From assembly GCA_902551155.1 (NCBI GenBank), contig CACDBG010000004.1, positions 1-62,134 of the forward strand: 62,134 nucleotides of DNA. Direction: 5' to 3'. The notes below the pieces were generated by a model, which ran no database searches, was not told the DNA's origin, and saw only the letters and a list, made by a program, of their open reading frames with translations. The stretch is from an uncultured Verrucomicrobiota bacterium (GTDB taxonomy: Bacteria > Verrucomicrobiota > Verrucomicrobiia > Limisphaerales > UBA1100). Of the stretch, positions 60,009 to 62,134 are shown piece after piece; positions within the stretch are counted from its first letter, which is position 1, and every line of letters begins with the position of its first letter. Made by a program: the position numbers and the translations under genes.

Positions 60009-62134
60009 TTAGTGATTAAAGAGGAACTCCTTCGTATTGAAGAGTGCCCAGATAATATCCTCGTAGGACTCCTTGGCAGCAACTGGCTTTTTGTTTCCCT
60101 TATCATCTTTGACTTCCCGCTCAAGATGTTGTCGGGCCAAAAGCACTTCGCTGCCGCTCGGCTGTCGGGAGAAAGCAAGAAGGAAGAGTTCGCGAATTTT
60201 TGCTTCAACCTCACGTGTATCCTTGGCGTTGCCCAACTTGGCCGCACGCCCACTACCGCTGGAAAGCTTGCCTTGGATATCCTTAGAATTTAATAGATGT
60301 AAACTCTGAGCCAAGCTCGCATCGCTAGACCGCTCGCATTCACATGAACTGGAGCTATCAGGTCTCCCAAAGACTGTTAGGAAATAGGACTGACTATTAA
60401 AACTGTTGTCAGGGAGCTGCACAGCCCTGGTTCCTACAGGCAAGCCGCTGAAACTGGCCTTTGAGTCGGTCATTTGATTAATCGCATCATACAGCACCTC
60501 GGCATTCAATCGCTTGGGATAGTAACGGCTGAAGTAGGTCTTATCCTTTGCATTGAATTCATTAGGAATAGAACTGAGCTGATAAGTCTTGGACTGGCAA
60601 ATGGTTCGAATCAAATCCTTCATATCGAAACCGTTCAGAATGAAATGCTGGGCCAATCTTTCAAGTAATTCAGGGTTTACCGGCGGGTTCGTCTCTCGCA
60701 TATCGTCTTCAGGCTCAACGAGACCGCGGCTAAAGAAGTGCTTCCAGTAGCGGTTCACCAGTGTGTGTGAAAAAAACTTATTGCTAGGCTGAGAAAGCCA
60801 ATCCACCAAAGCATGTCGAGGATCATCATCAGCCGTTAGATCCAGAGGCTCATCGCCCAAACCTGCAGCTTTTACTGTGCCTCCATCTTTCTTATTTGCT
60901 GTTTGTGCTACTTTACGCGTGTGGTAGATGATTTCTTCCCCGGGGTTTTGCCCAGGCTTGCGCCCAACGGTGGAAAAGAAAGCCGAGAAACTGTAGTAGT
61001 CCTTCTGACTCCATTTCTCAAAGGGATGATGATGGCATTGCGCGCACTGCATGCGCGTACCAAGGAAGAGTTGCGCAGAATCTTCCATTTGGGTCTGCAT
61101 GGTTTTCACTTCCCGATACCAGGTTGCGGCAGGGTTTTTTGCCATGTCGCCTGAGGCCGCCAAAACCGCACGGGCAAACTCATCATAACTAATATTCTTA
61201 TGGAGCGAATCACGTATCCAGCCGTGGAATGCATAATTACCTCTCATCGCTTGTGCATTGGAGCGCTTGTTGCGCAACAATGCTCCCCACTTGTTTGCAA
61301 AATAATCAGCGTAATCTGTGCTTGCGAGTAATCGATCTATCAATTTGTCGCGCTTGGCTGGATCAGTACTTTTAAGGAAGTCATCCGCCTCGCTTGCAGT
61401 AGGCAAGCGTCCAGCAATATCGATTGATACACGGCGGATGAAGGTCGCATCATCAGTAATCGCCGAAGGCGGCATACCCACACGCTCGAGCTTCGCGAAA
61501 ACCATCTCGTCAATGAAGTTCCTTGGTTCAGGGGTCTTTTCAACAAGGGCCCCAAGCGGAACACTGGCCTGGTACACCCCTACAGAACCCTGATACCGGA
61601 TCATAACAGACACATCACCTGGTTGCTCAAAAAAAGTTACGTGACCGGTTTCGTCGACTTCTGCGATTTCTTTATCATTGGCTTCATAAGTCGCAATGTG
61701 CGTCGCGTCTTCTGTGTGTCCATCACTGTAGACCGCCGTAACGCTGATCTGCTGTTCCGCATTGGCGCTCACAAGCCGGTTCTTCGGGTACACTTCCACA
61801 GCCACAACCTTTGGGTCCGTTTCCGCCCCACGAGGCATTCCCATGCCTACCCAGCGTGCTATGAGTTTAAAATCGTGGCTATCAGGATCGATCCGGGATC
61901 CACCGCCATGCGGGAGAATGGCCGCACCCTTGAGAAGCAGAAGGCTGTTCTCCGGAGAAGCCGGACTCAGCCGCCTTCCTCGACCCTCTTTAACGAGGTA
62001 CTCATAGTCTTCGTGTGGCTCAAAGCCCAAAAGCGATAAACGGAACCCATTCTGCCCTCCGCTTTTTCCATGACACCCTCCTCCATTACAGCCTGCCTTA
62101 GTAAAGATAGGAACGATTTCATTGGCGAAATTAA
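60009..62134 (-). CDS. DUF1549/DUF1553 domain protein with an Ig-like domain, 5'-truncated by the window edge
   Basis: The frame continues upstream (IVPIFTKAGCNGGGCHG...GFRLSL). Motifs FIRRVSIDIAGRLP, CAQCHHHPFEKW, VNRYWKHFF.RGLVEP.DD, CECER and WALFNTKEFLFNH. Confidence 0.88.
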   Translation of the reverse strand, partial: NFANEIVPIFTKAGCNGGGCHGKSGGQNGFRLSLLGFEPHEDYEYLVKEGRGRRLSPASPENSLLLLKGAAILPHGGGSRIDPDSHDFKLIARWVGMGMPRGAETDPKVVAVEVYPKNRLVSANAEQQISVTAVYSDGHTEDATHIATYEANDKEIAEVDETGHVTFFEQPGDVSVMIRYQGSVGVYQASVPLGALVEKTPEPRNFIDEMVFAKLERVGMPPSAITDDATFIRRVSIDIAGRLPTASEADDFLKSTDPAKRDKLIDRLLASTDYADYFANKWGALLRNKRSNAQAMRGNYAFHGWIRDSLHKNISYDEFARAVLAASGDMAKNPAATWYREVKTMQTQMEDSAQLFLGTRMQCAQCHHHPFEKWSQKDYYSFSAFFSTVGRKPGQNPGEEIIYHTRKVAQTANKKDGGTVKAAGLGDEPLDLTADDDPRHALVDWLSQPSNKFFSHTLVNRYWKHFFSRGLVEPEDDMRETNPPVNPELLERLAQHFILNGFDMKDLIRTICQSKTYQLSSIPNEFNAKDKTYFSRYYPKRLNAEVLYDAINQMTDSKASFSGLPVGTRAVQLPDNSFNSQSYFLTVFGRPDSSSSCECERSSDASLAQSLHLLNSKDIQGKLSSGSGRAAKLGNAKDTREVEAKIRELFLLAFSRQPSGSEVLLARQHLEREVKDDKGNKKPVAAKESYEDIIWALFNTKEFLFNH

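Overview
Bacterial chromosomal window, most likely from a PVC-superphylum organism and probably Verrucomicrobiota. This is inferred from DUF1501, DUF1549/DUF1553, PPC-domain and cytochrome-c/WD40 genes. About 45 kb (3154-48656, almost all minus strand) is a mosaic surface-polysaccharide (O-antigen/capsule) locus. It encodes export and assembly functions (SLBB exporter, Wzz-like co-polymerase, WecA-type initiator, EpsG/Wzy, two Wzx flippases), nucleotide-sugar enzymes (gmd, ugd, rml, rfbF, WbpA/WbpE/WbpP-like), a nonulosonic-acid module (neuB/neuC/neuA) and tailoring enzymes. The left flank holds a DUF1501 gene, nagA and tRNA-Arg(CCT). The right flank holds a PQQ-type propeller, ppk1, a ROK protein and a DUF1549-PPC-WD40 operon. 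The best candidate for an undescribed system is a CotH-kinase / VTC (polyphosphate-polymerase-like) / DUF4956 membrane-protein triad, with a ParB/Srx-fold neighbour, embedded in the glycan operon. Other observations: three genes broken by +1 homopolymer indels (phase variation or sequencing error), two genes that seem to need non-canonical start codons, two gene relics that record cassette swapping, an ops/JUMPstart-like leader element, and a eukaryote-type NRS/ER-like rhamnose enzyme. All product calls come from motif recognition by eye; no database searches were run.
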